A stretch of DNA of 64,000 nucleotides from the NCBI GenBank assembly GCA_963743635.1, contig CAVUQO010000003.1, positions 480,001 through 544,000 of the forward strand, written 5' to 3'. Made by a program: the position numbers and the translations under genes. Below the pieces are notes generated by a model. That model was given only the letters and a program-made list of their open reading frames with translations, searched no databases and had not been told where the DNA came from. Below are positions 30,141 to 41,331 of this stretch, piece by piece; position 1 is the stretch's first letter; every line of letters begins with the position of its first letter. The DNA is from Candidatus Babeliales bacterium (GTDB lineage: Bacteria > Babelota > Babeliae > Babelales > Vermiphilaceae).

Positions 30141-31202
30141 ATGAAAAATAGACTGTATGGGATTGTCTTATTGTTGGCGTGGTCTGGGCAGAGTGAGGCC
30201 ATGGAGTCACATTCGAATGCCCATGATCTCGTTGCACTTACGAACATTGGCTTATCAAAAGCAAAAAGGCGTCTTGCGAGCATGCGTCGCCACGAAAAAA
30301 CTCCTGAGAATATTAAGCAGCTTTTTGAAAGCGCATTTACTGATAGCATTCAAGAACGTGGAGTGACCTCTGATGTGCTTCCCGCTATGCGTGCCATCAT
30401 AGAGGAAGAATTTAAAATTGGTCCGCGGATATATGATACGATTACGCTTGACGAGTGCAATGATGTGGTGACTGCAGTTGATATGAGCTCAGATGGAGGA
30501 ACTATTCTTGCCAGTGTTGGCAATACGGCATACTTATGGACTAAGGGTGATTCATGGATAAAGCATGAAGATGCGATACGGCATGGATCACGTATTGCTG
30601 CAGTGTGTTTGGCGGCGAACAGGAGAGTAGTAACGCTGGGTAATAACGGAACTGTCTTTGTACAGAGTTATAATGATTGGGAGATAACGCAAGAAACAGC
30701 TTTTTGTGTATTTGAGCGAGATATAAACATAATCGCGCTCAATGATGCAGGGGATCGATTAGTTTGTGGAAATGCGAACGATGGTACAGCAACGCCGTTA
30801 TCTATTTACAAGCGCACTGCTGCGCATTGGCATAAAGAGGAAGCGGTAATACCGGCCTATAAAAAAATGAGCGCACAATCGTTATACTGGGGAAGGGATG
30901 ATACGATTGTTGTCTATGGAAAGCCAAATGATGCTGGGCAAGATGATAGGGGTATGCTTACCGAATGGAAACGTATTGCGGATCGTTGGTATTGTATTAA
31001 AAATCATGAATGGCTCCGTGATGATGAGCATGAGATTCTGGCGATTTATGGGATTACGCTTACGCGCAGAGAAGCAAGAAAAGCATTCGATGCCTGGGGA
31101 GAATCGTTCGTTACATCTTCAGGCCATATGATTTCAATAGGCAAGCAACGTGCGCCCACCTATGATAACATCATTAAGTATTATGCAGAAAAATGGGATT
31201 GA
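30141..31202 (+). CDS. Secreted WD40-like beta-propeller protein
   Basis: Signal peptide SEA|MES; VTAVDMSSDG..AYLWT, IAAVCL, INIIALNDAGDRLV. Confidence 0.7.
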   Translation: MKNRLYGIVLLLAWSGQSEAMESHSNAHDLVALTNIGLSKAKRRLASMRRHEKTPENIKQLFESAFTDSIQERGVTSDVLPAMRAIIEEEFKIGPRIYDTITLDECNDVVTAVDMSSDGGTILASVGNTAYLWTKGDSWIKHEDAIRHGSRIAAVCLAANRRVVTLGNNGTVFVQSYNDWEITQETAFCVFERDINIIALNDAGDRLVCGNANDGTATPLSIYKRTAAHWHKEEAVIPAYKKMSAQSLYWGRDDTIVVYGKPNDAGQDDRGMLTEWKRIADRWYCIKNHEWLRDDEHEILAIYGITLTRREARKAFDAWGESFVTSSGHMISIGKQRAPTYDNIIKYYAEKWD

Positions 31203-31228
31203 TTGAATACATGAAACGCTAAAAAATT

Positions 31229-31265
31229 GGGCCTCTGATTATGAGTCAGAGGCCCTTGCTTTTTT
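31229..31265. terminator. Bidirectional terminator
   Basis: GGGCCTCTGAT-loop-GTCAGAGGCCC between convergent genes. Confidence 0.7.
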
Positions 31266-31289
31266 AAACAACTAAAAGTCAGCGTTGTG

Positions 31290-31856
31290 TTAGTTTTTTT
31301 CTTCTTTTTCAAATGAATCTAAAATGGCTTTGAACCATTGTAATTCGTATGCTATCGAACAAGTAACGGTACTGCTGCCATCATCGTGCACCGCTCGCGT
31401 ACATTGCGTCAGTGCGTGTTTATCCGGATTAGTTGCTTGTCTGATGATGACGTATTCTTTGATTCGTTCACTGAGTTTTTCTTCAAATGAGGCAAGAGAT
31501 GTTGTGCCAACTAAAAGCGACCCTTCCTTAGGGTATTCGGTAGTGCTCGTTACGATTACCGCTTGAGGCGTTGCAGTGAGCCGCAGTAAGCGCCCGATAC
31601 GGGTGAAAATACCGATGCCGCCAATTTCACTTTTAAAACTGGTATTCCATGAGGGTATGGTTACTTGTGCACTGAGTGGGTCTGCAGATTGTGCTGCGCA
31701 TTGCAGGGCGAAGGCTGCAAGAAATGCTTTGTCAATTGTGTGCAATGGGCGTGGTGTTGTTGTATCAGAATTCGGTTGAACATTATTTGCATGAGTGATG
31801 TGCGCGATAGAAAGGAGTGATAGAAGGCTGTAGGTAAATAAACTGGATCGTAACAT
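31290..31856 (-). CDS. Hypothetical secreted protein
   Basis: AAGGG SD, signal peptide ending THA. Confidence 0.65.
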   Translation of the reverse strand: MLRSSLFTYSLLSLLSIAHITHANNVQPNSDTTTPRPLHTIDKAFLAAFALQCAAQSADPLSAQVTIPSWNTSFKSEIGGIGIFTRIGRLLRLTATPQAVIVTSTTEYPKEGSLLVGTTSLASFEEKLSERIKEYVIIRQATNPDKHALTQCTRAVHDDGSSTVTCSIAYELQWFKAILDSFEKEEKN

Positions 31857-31944
31857 AGAGATTTCCCTTTTTGATTAAAAATAATAATATTTCGCTTACA
31901 TAGCATTCCCATTTACGATCACTGTTGTAAAGATTTGAGGTTTT

Positions 31945-32241
31945 ATGAAACGTAAGAGTCTGTTAATAAGCGCATTCTGTATGGCGACGATAAGCTACTA
32001 TTGCTGTGCGATGAATGCACAAGATACTCAAAAAAGATCATGGGCTGATGTGGTGCGCGGTGGTCCGTCTAAAGAAAAGGCTCCACGCTGCGCTGGGTGT
32101 GATCAGTTAGCAGGTGAAGCACACGATGGTCGTTTGTGCGATCTGATTATGCTGAGCGCTATGGTTGAAGAAATACGTACCACGGGAAATATAACCGATG
32201 TTGTTGACATTCGGATACTGCATGGATTTGTGCCTAAATGA
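31945..32241 (+). CDS. Small secreted hypothetical protein
   Basis: GAGG SD; signal peptide CCA|MN; CxxC..H..C cluster. Confidence 0.6.
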   Translation: MKRKSLLISAFCMATISYYCCAMNAQDTQKRSWADVVRGGPSKEKAPRCAGCDQLAGEAHDGRLCDLIMLSAMVEEIRTTGNITDVVDIRILHGFVPK

Positions 32242-32261
32242 TGCATGCCACTTTACTTCCA

Positions 32262-32306
32262 TCCTTCCGTCTTCGCTTTCAGCTACGCTCGGACGCAGTC
32301 GGCACA
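32262..32306. repeat. REP-like palindrome (family seen after tRNA-Leu)
   Basis: CCGTCTTCGCTTTCAGCTACGCTCGGACG resembles GTCTTCGCT..AGCTACGTCTGAC at 45895-45925. Confidence 0.55.
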
Positions 32307-32362
32307 TTTTTCGTGTTCATGCTTGCGTGACAGCAGGATGCTGAGTAAAATAATTTACAATC

Positions 32363-34610
32363 TTATGCTTTATATCCGCAGTTCTTATCTGAGCAAAAGA
32401 GGCTGACATTTCCTTGTCGATCTGTTTTCTTAGCAAGGAATGGACGTTTACATTTTGGACATGGCTTTTCTTCAATGTCGGCAAAGACTGCAAACTTACA
32501 TTTCGGATAGTTTGCGCAACCCCAGAACTTGCCGCCTTTCCAGCGACGTTCAACGAGATCGCCCTTGCATTCAGGACATTTCACTTTAGCAACATTTTTA
32601 TGAATGTATTTGCACTCAGGGTATCCAGAGCAGGCAATGAACGGACCAAATTTACCAATGACTTCACGTAATGGCTTTCCGCATTGTGGGCATTTTTCAT
32701 TCAGCATTTTAGGTTCCTCGAATTTAGTAAGTATAATGTTGCCTTCTTCGTCACGTTTGAAGTTGGAGGTAAAGTCGCAATCAGGATAACCTAAGCATCC
32801 TAAAAATTCACCACTTTTACCAAAGCGAATAGCTAATTTGTGTTTTCCACATTTTGGACAGGTAATTTCGGTTGGTTCAGCAACCTTTTTACCTTTGCCA
32901 TCCACTTCTTTAAATGCCTCGAGATCTTTTTGGAAATCTTTATAGAAGGACCTCAGTAGTTTATCACGATCCAGATCGCCTTCTGCAATCTTATCAAGAT
33001 CTTCTTCCATATTAGCGGTGAACTTGTAGTCCATAATGTTCGCCATATGTTCTTTTAATATCTTGGTAACGGTCATACCCAGCTCAGTGGGAACAAAACG
33101 TTTTTTCTCATCAAGATCGGTATAAGCCCGCGCACGAATGGTGCTTAAAATAGAAGCGTAGGTACTCGGTCGGCCGATTCCTTCTTTTTCGAGATCTTTT
33201 ACGAGAGATGCTTCGGTAAATCGTGGAGGTGGTTGTGTAAAGTGTTGTTTTGGTAACACTTGTAGTAAATCAACTGGATCTTTTTCTTTGAGTGTTTTTG
33301 GTAACACTACTTTTTGTTCTTTTTCATCGGATTCATCGTTATATACTTTGAGAAAACCATCAAAGATCAGGGTTGAGCCCGTTACCTTGAAGGTAAATTC
33401 GCCACCCTTTAAAACAACTTGACGTTGCGCATATTCTGCTGGTTTCATTTGGCAGGCAACAAACCGTTTCCAAATCAACTCGTACAGCTTTGCTAAATCT
33501 TTTGAGAGATGCGCTTTGACTTTTGCAGGAGAAAGATCGACGTCAATGGGACGCACTGCTTCGTGGGCATCTTGTGATTTGCCTTTAGAAGCGCCATACA
33601 CGTTTGCTTTTGACGGTAAATATTCCTTATCAAAATGCTTGCTGATATAATCGCGCGCTTGTTTGATGGCCGTATCTGAAATACGCAATGAGTCAGTACG
33701 CATATAGGTAATGAGTGCAACAGGTGATGATGCATCATCGAGTGGTACACCTTCATAAAGTTGCTGCGCAAGTTGCATAGTCTTTTTAACGGAGAAACCA
33801 AGCTGGTTTACGGCTGCTTGCTGCAAAGTACTGGTCATAAACGGTGCAGATGGATTTTTGATGCGCGTTTTATCGGTGATAGAATCGATCGTGAACTGTG
33901 CTTTTTTGATTCCGGTCACCGCTTTAGTGGCATCTTTCTCATTCGTGATTTCTGCTTTGTCTTTCCCGATATGGGTCAGTTCAGCTTCGAATTTTGATTT
34001 TCCATGGCCGAACTCGCCCGTGATACTCCAGTATTCTTCTGGCTTAAAATCACGAATCGCTTGTTCTCGTTCACAAATCATGCGCAAGGCAACTGATTGT
34101 ACGCGGCCTGCAGAAAGCCCAGGGGCAATTTTTTTCCAAAGAACGGGAGACACTTCATAACCCACCCAACGATCAAGGATACGGCGTGCTTGCTGAGCGG
34201 CTACTTTTTTCATATCCACTTTACTGGTATGCTCAAGCGCTTCTAAGAATTGCCGGCTTGGTGATTTCGTTAAAGGTGATCCGGTGAATGTTCTTTTTAT
34301 TTTTAATAACTTTTTCTATTTCACGCCCAATATGCCAGGAAATAATTTCCCCTTCGCGGTCAGGGTCAGACGCAAGGTAGACTTCATCAGATTTTGAAGC
34401 TTCTTTACAGATATCGGCAATGACCTTTTCCTTATCGTCCATAACCACATAATCAAGGTCAATAGAGTCCTTATTAATGGTTATGCCGAGCTTTTTCTTA
34501 GGGAGATCCATGATATGCCCAACAGTGGACATAATCTTGAAGTCTTTTCCCAAAATCTTGGAAATAGTCTTAATTTTAGCCGGTGATTCGACGATAACTA
34601 ATTTTTTCAT
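32363..34610 (-). CDS. topA: DNA topoisomerase I with C-terminal zinc ribbons (one apparent indel near 34235)
   Basis: KLVIVESPAK, ASDPDREGE, SAGRVQS, ITYMRTDS, GIGRPSTYA, three CxxC ribbons. Confidence 0.96.
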
Positions 34611-34860
34611 ATACCTTATCCGTTATATAACGCTCCATATTATAATGTATATTGTAATGCCGAGGCGAGCAAGTCTTAATCCTGCTACTGTTCATAATAA
34701 ATCAAATATTTTCTAAAAGTCAAATAACTTGAGTAAAATTCCCCCAGAAAGCTATGGGAGCCTAGCTTTTAGCAACTATTTGGTTATAGTAGGAAGAAAT
34801 AGTAAAGTACTATTAATTGTCCCGGGTTGTCAAAAAATTCGTTTAATTAAAGGATATTTC

Positions 34861-35706
34861 ATGAATTTATTCGTTGCATGGCGCGATTCGCTGACCATTT
34901 TACAGCCAAAAAATCTTAAGCTTTTTCTCCTGGTTACCCTGAAATCGATGGTTGATGCCATCAAGGTATGGATCAAATATTTCTTCTGGATCCCCGTTTA
35001 TATTATGGGAAAAATAGCTTTATACTCTTATTTCTATCAAAATCCAACGCCTGAAAAGACGGATTTGTTGATTTCACTACAATCGATGTTGGCTTCGATA
35101 CCTTGGCCTGTTCTGTTCTTTCTCATTCCTTCATTGGTCTGTGTTTCTCGAGCAACCATGCTGCTTTCCACCCGTCCTTCAACGGCAATTAAAAATTGTG
35201 CCTACTTTCGTTCTTACTTTGTGCGTGCTGCTATCAGCATTCTGCTCTTTCATGGACTGATGGATGTAATGGGACGGTGGGTTGGAGTATTTATTGTGCA
35301 ACAATATCCGGCATGCGTTGTATCAGTGTTCTGCGGATGTTGCATCTCGGCCATTGGACTTTTGTTAGCTATATATGCCATTAACTATGCATTATTCTTT
35401 TTTGATGGCGATGGCTCGGTGGGTAGTTTCTTGAAGTCATGGATCTATGCTGCTAAAATGACCCTTTATAATTTGCCATTTTATGGTCTATTCATCTTAT
35501 TTCATGTGCTGGCCAGTTTGACCAAGACATTTATATTTTTGTACTCCGTAAAGTATGTGGGAGGTCAGTCAGTGATGTTGGTGATAGCCATCCCATTAAC
35601 GTTGATGTTTGCCTTTTTAGAGGTATTCACCATTTGCTTCCTGACCAATTTCTATGTCAAAAAATTGCATGATCAGTTCACACTCTATTTTGGGAAAAAC
35701 GATTAA
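34861..35706 (+). CDS. Hypothetical multi-pass membrane protein
   Basis: AAGGA SD before ATG 34861; about six hydrophobic segments. Confidence 0.7.
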   Translation: MNLFVAWRDSLTILQPKNLKLFLLVTLKSMVDAIKVWIKYFFWIPVYIMGKIALYSYFYQNPTPEKTDLLISLQSMLASIPWPVLFFLIPSLVCVSRATMLLSTRPSTAIKNCAYFRSYFVRAAISILLFHGLMDVMGRWVGVFIVQQYPACVVSVFCGCCISAIGLLLAIYAINYALFFFDGDGSVGSFLKSWIYAAKMTLYNLPFYGLFILFHVLASLTKTFIFLYSVKYVGGQSVMLVIAIPLTLMFAFLEVFTICFLTNFYVKKLHDQFTLYFGKND

Positions 35707-35779
35707 TCTGAGAGAAGACTACTTGTCCTAAACAAGAGCCATGATAAAATAATTAAAATTACTAAAGCAGTGAGATGTT

Positions 35780-36499
35780 ATGCAGTTTTCTATCATTATT
35801 CGAACGCTTATTACTCGATTCTTAATCGGGCTTATTTTGCTCGTTAGTGCCGTTCCAGCATTTATTTTTATGATGCTCCCAGAACGATGGCGCTACGATA
35901 ATCCGCTTTATTATTGGTTTGAGAGCTTTGTATATTGGGCATGCCTGAAAGTGATATTCGTGCCTATCACTTATAAAGGACTTGAAAATGTGCCGAAGAA
36001 ACCGGCGGTCATTGTCGGTAACCATCAATCATCATTAGACATTCCATTAATTGGATCGCTCGTTGATGCGCATCCGCATATTTGGCTTGCGACGGTGACG
36101 TTGCTGGATTCTCCGGTGCTTGGTTTTGTGTTGCGTCGTATGGCGGCATTAATAGATATGTCTTCTCCGCAAAAAGGTATGCGTTCATTGATCAATGCGA
36201 TGCGCTTAATCAACACCAATAAACATGCAATTATATTTCCTGAAGGGGGCCGTTTCACTGATGGTACTGTTCATCCCTTCTATGGAGGATTTGTAATCCT
36301 CGCTAAAAAAACAGGTCGGCCAGTTGTGCCGGTATATCTGCGTAACGCGCAGAAAGTATATCCGCCTGAAAATTTCTGGGTCTATTGGTATCCACTTGAA
36401 GTTGTTGTGGGTAAGCCGTTCGAGTATCTAAAGACGGATACGGATGAGACTTTCAAACAAAGAGTATACGATTGGTTTCTGGTGCAGCAAAAGGGGTAA
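35780..36499 (+). CDS. plsC: 1-acyl-sn-glycerol-3-phosphate acyltransferase
   Basis: NHQSSLD and IFPEGGR motifs. Confidence 0.9.
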   Translation: MQFSIIIRTLITRFLIGLILLVSAVPAFIFMMLPERWRYDNPLYYWFESFVYWACLKVIFVPITYKGLENVPKKPAVIVGNHQSSLDIPLIGSLVDAHPHIWLATVTLLDSPVLGFVLRRMAALIDMSSPQKGMRSLINAMRLINTNKHAIIFPEGGRFTDGTVHPFYGGFVILAKKTGRPVVPVYLRNAQKVYPPENFWVYWYPLEVVVGKPFEYLKTDTDETFKQRVYDWFLVQQKG

Positions 36500-36502
36500 T
36501 GC

Positions 36503-37486
36503 GTGGAATCTGTTCTGCGATTCGCTCATAATTGGGCTTTGTTCATTTTAATTCCGTTGGTTATCATACTCGCGTACATTCGTTGGAAATGGCGCTCTGG
36601 TTCTCGGTATCGCTATGCAATGACGCAAACATTAAAAGAGCGTGGTGCAACAACGCGCCATCCGTATCGCACGATACTTGCAGCCTTGCGACTCGCAACC
36701 TTATTGCTCCTGGTAGTGCTCATTGCAAAACCACAATGGGTTGATTTCCGTTCAAAAGTAACGGTAGAAGGGATCGATATCATCGTGGTTTTGGACGTAT
36801 CAGGCAGTATGGATGCGCCGCATGATGAGCATGATGAGCGTTCGCGCTTAAAGATTGCCAAAGAAGAAGCAATTCGCTTTGTAGAAAAACGGCATAATGA
36901 TGCAATCGGGTTGGTGCTCTTTGGTAAAGATGCGCTCTCTCGCTGCCCGTTAACTGCCGATAAACAAACGCTCAAAGAGATTATTGATGCTACGCATATT
37001 GGGCTTTTAAATCCTGAAGGCACCGTGCTTGCGCGTGGTATCATTACGGGCGCAAATAGGTTGCGTCATTCGCATGCAAAAAGTAAAATTATGATCGTGC
37101 TTACTGATGGTGAACCAAGCGAAGATGACGTTGCACCGGAAATTGCGATCGATGTTGCCAAGGAATTGGGTATTAAAATTTATACGGTTGGTATTGGTGA
37201 GGAGTTGGTAAGGCCAGACATATTTGGACGCTTGCATCGAATAGGGCGCGTTAATACCGTCCTTCTACAAAAAATTGCGCGCGAAACAGGCGGTAATTAT
37301 TTCGAAGCAAAACGTGCAAACGATATGCGTGAAATTTATAACACGATCGATGCTTTGGAAAAAACAAAAATCGAAACTCCTATTTTTACGCATTACCAAG
37401 ATTGGTTCATGCCTCTTTTATGGATTGCGTGTATACTCATGTTAATTGAAATTATAGCATCTTCATTAGTGTGGTTTAGTATATGA
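36503..37486 (+). CDS. batA: BatA-like VWA membrane protein
   Basis: N-terminal TM, LDVSGSM MIDAS, CPLT, LTDGE, IKIYTVGIG, IARETGGNYF. Confidence 0.88.
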   Translation: MESVLRFAHNWALFILIPLVIILAYIRWKWRSGSRYRYAMTQTLKERGATTRHPYRTILAALRLATLLLLVVLIAKPQWVDFRSKVTVEGIDIIVVLDVSGSMDAPHDEHDERSRLKIAKEEAIRFVEKRHNDAIGLVLFGKDALSRCPLTADKQTLKEIIDATHIGLLNPEGTVLARGIITGANRLRHSHAKSKIMIVLTDGEPSEDDVAPEIAIDVAKELGIKIYTVGIGEELVRPDIFGRLHRIGRVNTVLLQKIARETGGNYFEAKRANDMREIYNTIDALEKTKIETPIFTHYQDWFMPLLWIACILMLIEIIASSLVWFSI

Positions 37487-38496
37487 GTTCTATAGCCTTT
37501 GCGGGTGTTCAATGGGCATCATCGCAAAATCTTATCTATGTTCCCGTACTGATAATCGTCATCGGTTTATTGGTGTATACGGTTATCCGTCGCCGGCGCA
37601 TTATCGCCATGTTGTCAGCATCACAATGGTCTCGCCTGATTATGCATGCCGCATCTCCTGCGCGTAGTATTTTTAAAATGATACTCATGATTATTGGGTG
37701 TTGCAGCTTATTTCTCGCATTATTGCAGCCTCAGTGGGACAAAAAAGAAGAAACCGTTGAGCAAGAAGGACGTGATCTTTTTATTGGGCTTGATATATCG
37801 CGCAGCATGCTTGCGCAAGATTTTTCTCCTGATCGTCTCTCATTTGCAAAACAAAAAATTAAAAAATTATTAAAAAAATTATCATGCGAACGCGTTGGAC
37901 TCATACTGTTCTCCGGTTCAACCTTTGTGCAATGTCCGTTGACTGATGATTACGGCGCATTCTATCTCTTTCTTGATCAAATAGACGCTGAAACGATTTC
38001 GTCTGGTTCTACGGCACTTGATGCGGCAATTAAGGAAGCATTGAGTTCTTTCGAGCGCGGGGTCCAGCGCAAACATAAATTGATCGTACTTTTCACCGAC
38101 GGTGAAGATTTTTCAAGTAATTTAACGAATGTGAAACAGGAAGCGATTGATGCCGGTATGCACATTTTCACGATCGGCGTGGGAACGCCTGAAGGTGCAC
38201 CGATTCCTTTGCGTGATGCACGTGGCGCACAGCAGGGCCATCAAATGGATAAAAAAGGGAATGTCATTATTAGTCGATTGAATGAAGGTATTTTATCCAA
38301 TCTTGCGCATGATTCAGGCGGCATCTACTTGCGTGCACAGCCCGATAATGATCAGGATCTTGATACGCTCGTGCGCAGCGTCGAGCTTTTTGAAAAAGAG
38401 CGCATGGGCGATAAGAAGGTATCGAAGTTTCACGAACAATATCCGTACTTTGTGGGTGTCAGTTTTATCTGTTTTGCACTTGAGTGGTTACTATGA
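37483..38496 (+). CDS. batB: BatB-like VWA membrane protein
   Basis: LDISRSMLAQDFSPDRL, CPLTDD, FTDGED, GVGTPEGAPIP, SRLNE. Confidence 0.88.
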   Translation: MSSIAFAGVQWASSQNLIYVPVLIIVIGLLVYTVIRRRRIIAMLSASQWSRLIMHAASPARSIFKMILMIIGCCSLFLALLQPQWDKKEETVEQEGRDLFIGLDISRSMLAQDFSPDRLSFAKQKIKKLLKKLSCERVGLILFSGSTFVQCPLTDDYGAFYLFLDQIDAETISSGSTALDAAIKEALSSFERGVQRKHKLIVLFTDGEDFSSNLTNVKQEAIDAGMHIFTIGVGTPEGAPIPLRDARGAQQGHQMDKKGNVIISRLNEGILSNLAHDSGGIYLRAQPDNDQDLDTLVRSVELFEKERMGDKKVSKFHEQYPYFVGVSFICFALEWLL

Positions 38497-39629
38497 AAAT
38501 CTGGTATATAATTGGTCTGCTCATGGTATCGCATGAGTCAGCACACGCATTTAATTGGTTTAAACATGATCGTGCGGCCTATGCAGCGCAGCAAGGATCA
38601 TGGGACACAGCGGAATCATTACTCAAAGAAGTGATACGTGATAATCCCGATGATGCATCATCGCTGTATGATGCGGGCGTAGCATCCTATAAATCGGGCG
38701 ATATCGCACAAGCACGCGCTTATTTTAATCAAGTCAATGAATCTCAAAAGGCAGATCCGCAACTCAAAGCACAGTCATATTTTAATCTTGGTAATAGTTA
38801 CATGCATGATGAAGACTACAAACAAGCTATTGAGGCGTATAACAATACATTGCAGATAACGCCAGAAGATGAACGCGCATTGCATAATAAAAAAATTGCA
38901 GAAGAAAAGCAGCGGCAAAAAGAGCAGAAACAAAAGCAGGATCAAAAAAACAAAGATCAAAAGAAGCAAGACAAAAAACAGGACTCCGATCATCCTGAGC
39001 CTGATGAAGGAAAGCAATCAGATAATAATGATGAGCAGTCTGATCAAGACGAAAAACAAGATAAGCAGCAAGATAAGCAACAGGGCGGAGGATCGGGATC
39101 TGATGATAACGATGAATCATCCGATAATAACGATTCAGATGAAGGATCATCAGAAAAAGATCAGGGTGATAAAAAGAATAACGGCAAAGGCGGATCAGGA
39201 TCTGATGATGCGCAAAATGATCAGCAATCAGATTCAGATAAAAACGAACGAGAACAAGATGCTGGTCAACAAAAAAAACAACAAGAAAAAGGCGGTGGTC
39301 AAAAAACACCAAAAGAACAGCAAAAAGAGCCTGATCAAAAAGGCAACAATGATGCACAGCAAAAAGAAGATAAGAAAAAAGAAGATAAAGGTAAGTCTGA
39401 AAAGCCAGAGCCAAAACAGGATAAAAAATCAGCTGCAAAGGAAGGTGCTGAAAAAGGCAAAGCATCGGCAGCACAAGAGGTTGGTGATGAATCCTTCAAA
39501 GATATGAATCCTCAGTTAGCCGGTATTTTAAAGGCACAAGAGGCATCCGATGCACAGTTGCAAAAACAGTTAATTCGAGCACAAGTAAGTAACGAAATGG
39601 GAGCACGCAATGGAGAAAATTGTTGGTAA
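38493..39629 (+). CDS. batC: BatC-like TPR protein with Q/D/K-rich low-complexity tail
   Basis: Signal peptide, SYFNLGNSY..YKQAIEAY TPR, C-terminal NCW; operon position. Confidence 0.8.
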   Translation: MKIWYIIGLLMVSHESAHAFNWFKHDRAAYAAQQGSWDTAESLLKEVIRDNPDDASSLYDAGVASYKSGDIAQARAYFNQVNESQKADPQLKAQSYFNLGNSYMHDEDYKQAIEAYNNTLQITPEDERALHNKKIAEEKQRQKEQKQKQDQKNKDQKKQDKKQDSDHPEPDEGKQSDNNDEQSDQDEKQDKQQDKQQGGGSGSDDNDESSDNNDSDEGSSEKDQGDKKNNGKGGSGSDDAQNDQQSDSDKNEREQDAGQQKKQQEKGGGQKTPKEQQKEPDQKGNNDAQQKEDKKKEDKGKSEKPEPKQDKKSAAKEGAEKGKASAAQEVGDESFKDMNPQLAGILKAQEASDAQLQKQLIRAQVSNEMGARNGENCW

Positions 39630-41331
39630 GATAGTGGTGATACTGTTGAGTATTGCACATATTTCTTGCGCGGCGATATCATTACGCGTAACTGATTATC
39701 AGGGGGTTCCTCTCAGGGAAGTAGTGGTAGGTGAAACATTTAAGATAGAAGTAGTTGCTGCGGGAGATATGCGTGATTTTCAGATCGAGGATCTCAATTC
39801 AGCCATTACGCTTTTGGGGCAGCAAACAAAAAACACACAATATGTAAATGGCGTAACGACGGTGAGATATAGTTTTGCAGCGCGAGGTGATAAGCCTGGC
39901 TCTTATACTATCGGTCCTGTTTGCGCACAGGTTAGTGGAAATGCTGAACGATCAAATACCGTAACACTTACGGTTGTTAGCGAACAAAATGCATCAAAAA
40001 AAACAGTGAACGAAGCTTTTTTACGCCTCGCGGTGAGCAAGAAAAAGGCAATGGTTGGCGAAGAAGTGATAGGATCGGTACGTTTCTATTCCTGTAAAGA
40101 TGATGTAATGCCCGATCAATTTATACAATCAGACCTTTCTGCATTCGCATTAGGACCTATGAGTGAACCATCCTATGGCAAAGAAACTATTGATGGTATC
40201 GAGTACAGTTTCCTAGAAGTGAGTTGGTATATGGCTGCAAAAGAGCCAGGGACTATCACCATTGCTGCATGGAGCGCATCATATTCAGTGCCGTTAGCAC
40301 AAGATACTTTTGGACCGTTTCGTTTGATGCAAGGTCTGCATCGTCAACAAAAACGGGTCTATTCAAATGCACTCTCATTGGATATTGCGCCGTTGCCGCC
40401 TTATGATGGCGTGATTAACGGAGTCGGTTCTTTTGATGATGTCACCATTCATGCAACGAGTCAGACAACCAAGGTTGGTGAGGCGAATGTAATACGTATT
40501 GATATCATAGGAAATGGCAATCTCGATACGTATGAGCAGATGCAATTGCTTGGTATTCCTGAAGGGCTCAAAAGTTATGAATCAAAACAATATATTGATC
40601 AGCTTCCAGATGGAAGAAAAAAAGCATCCTATGAATATGTAGTTCAAGGTTTAAAGGAAGGCAGTTGGGAAATTCCACCCCAAAAATTTACCTATTTTGA
40701 TGTGGTGCGTAAACAATATAGCACTCATAAAACAATTCCTTTATTGATCACCGTGTTGCCGCAATATGGGGTAAAAGCCGCTCCAGGCATCAGCACCAAT
40801 GTTGATCTGTCTACACCAAATTCTGTGGTGCCCGCGAGTAGTAGTGACGATATACAGTTAAATAAATATGGCTCTTGGTATCCGCAGGAGTATCGAGAAA
40901 TTCCCTTTCATTGGTTTGTATTCTTTCTTGCGCTTCCTTTGATAGGTATGGGCATTCAAGCAGCACGTAATTCATATACTGCATATCAATCATCTCATGA
41001 GCCCTTAGCACGCAAGAAATATGCGCATGCACGTGCATATAAAGCAGTTGCTGACGTTGAAAAGCGCAAAACATACCATGAACTCTATCCGATTTTTGTG
41101 GAATTATTTGCATCGCGCAGTGAAAGTTCTATTCCAGAATGTTCCGATGATGCGATCATAACCATATTGCGTGAACGAGGATTGTCGCAAGATGATATTG
41201 CATCATGGCAACGATTTTTTACCGATATTATGCGTCTGGCATATGCTGGTCCCGGCCAGCAGAGCAAGGTAACGCATGATATCATCAAGCGTTCATATGA
41301 CTGGTTGAATCGTTTAAAGGGGGTATTATGA
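39610..41331 (+). CDS. batD: BatD-like protein
   Basis: Signal peptide, Ig-like beta domains (PGSYTIGP, NGVGSF, GNGNL, FTYFD), C-terminal TM. Confidence 0.82.
   Translation: MEKIVGKIVVILLSIAHISCAAISLRVTDYQGVPLREVVVGETFKIEVVAAGDMRDFQIEDLNSAITLLGQQTKNTQYVNGVTTVRYSFAARGDKPGSYTIGPVCAQVSGNAERSNTVTLTVVSEQNASKKTVNEAFLRLAVSKKKAMVGEEVIGSVRFYSCKDDVMPDQFIQSDLSAFALGPMSEPSYGKETIDGIEYSFLEVSWYMAAKEPGTITIAAWSASYSVPLAQDTFGPFRLMQGLHRQQKRVYSNALSLDIAPLPPYDGVINGVGSFDDVTIHATSQTTKVGEANVIRIDIIGNGNLDTYEQMQLLGIPEGLKSYESKQYIDQLPDGRKKASYEYVVQGLKEGSWEIPPQKFTYFDVVRKQYSTHKTIPLLITVLPQYGVKAAPGISTNVDLSTPNSVVPASSSDDIQLNKYGSWYPQEYREIPFHWFVFFLALPLIGMGIQAARNSYTAYQSSHEPLARKKYAHARAYKAVADVEKRKTYHELYPIFVELFASRSESSIPECSDDAIITILRERGLSQDDIASWQRFFTDIMRLAYAGPGQQSKVTHDIIKRSYDWLNRLKGVL

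Noticed and set aside
38827..39507. Alternative-frame 212-215 aa ORFs over batC and similar shadow ORFs across the window
   Set aside because: By-products of low-complexity or antisense coding; no motifs or RBS
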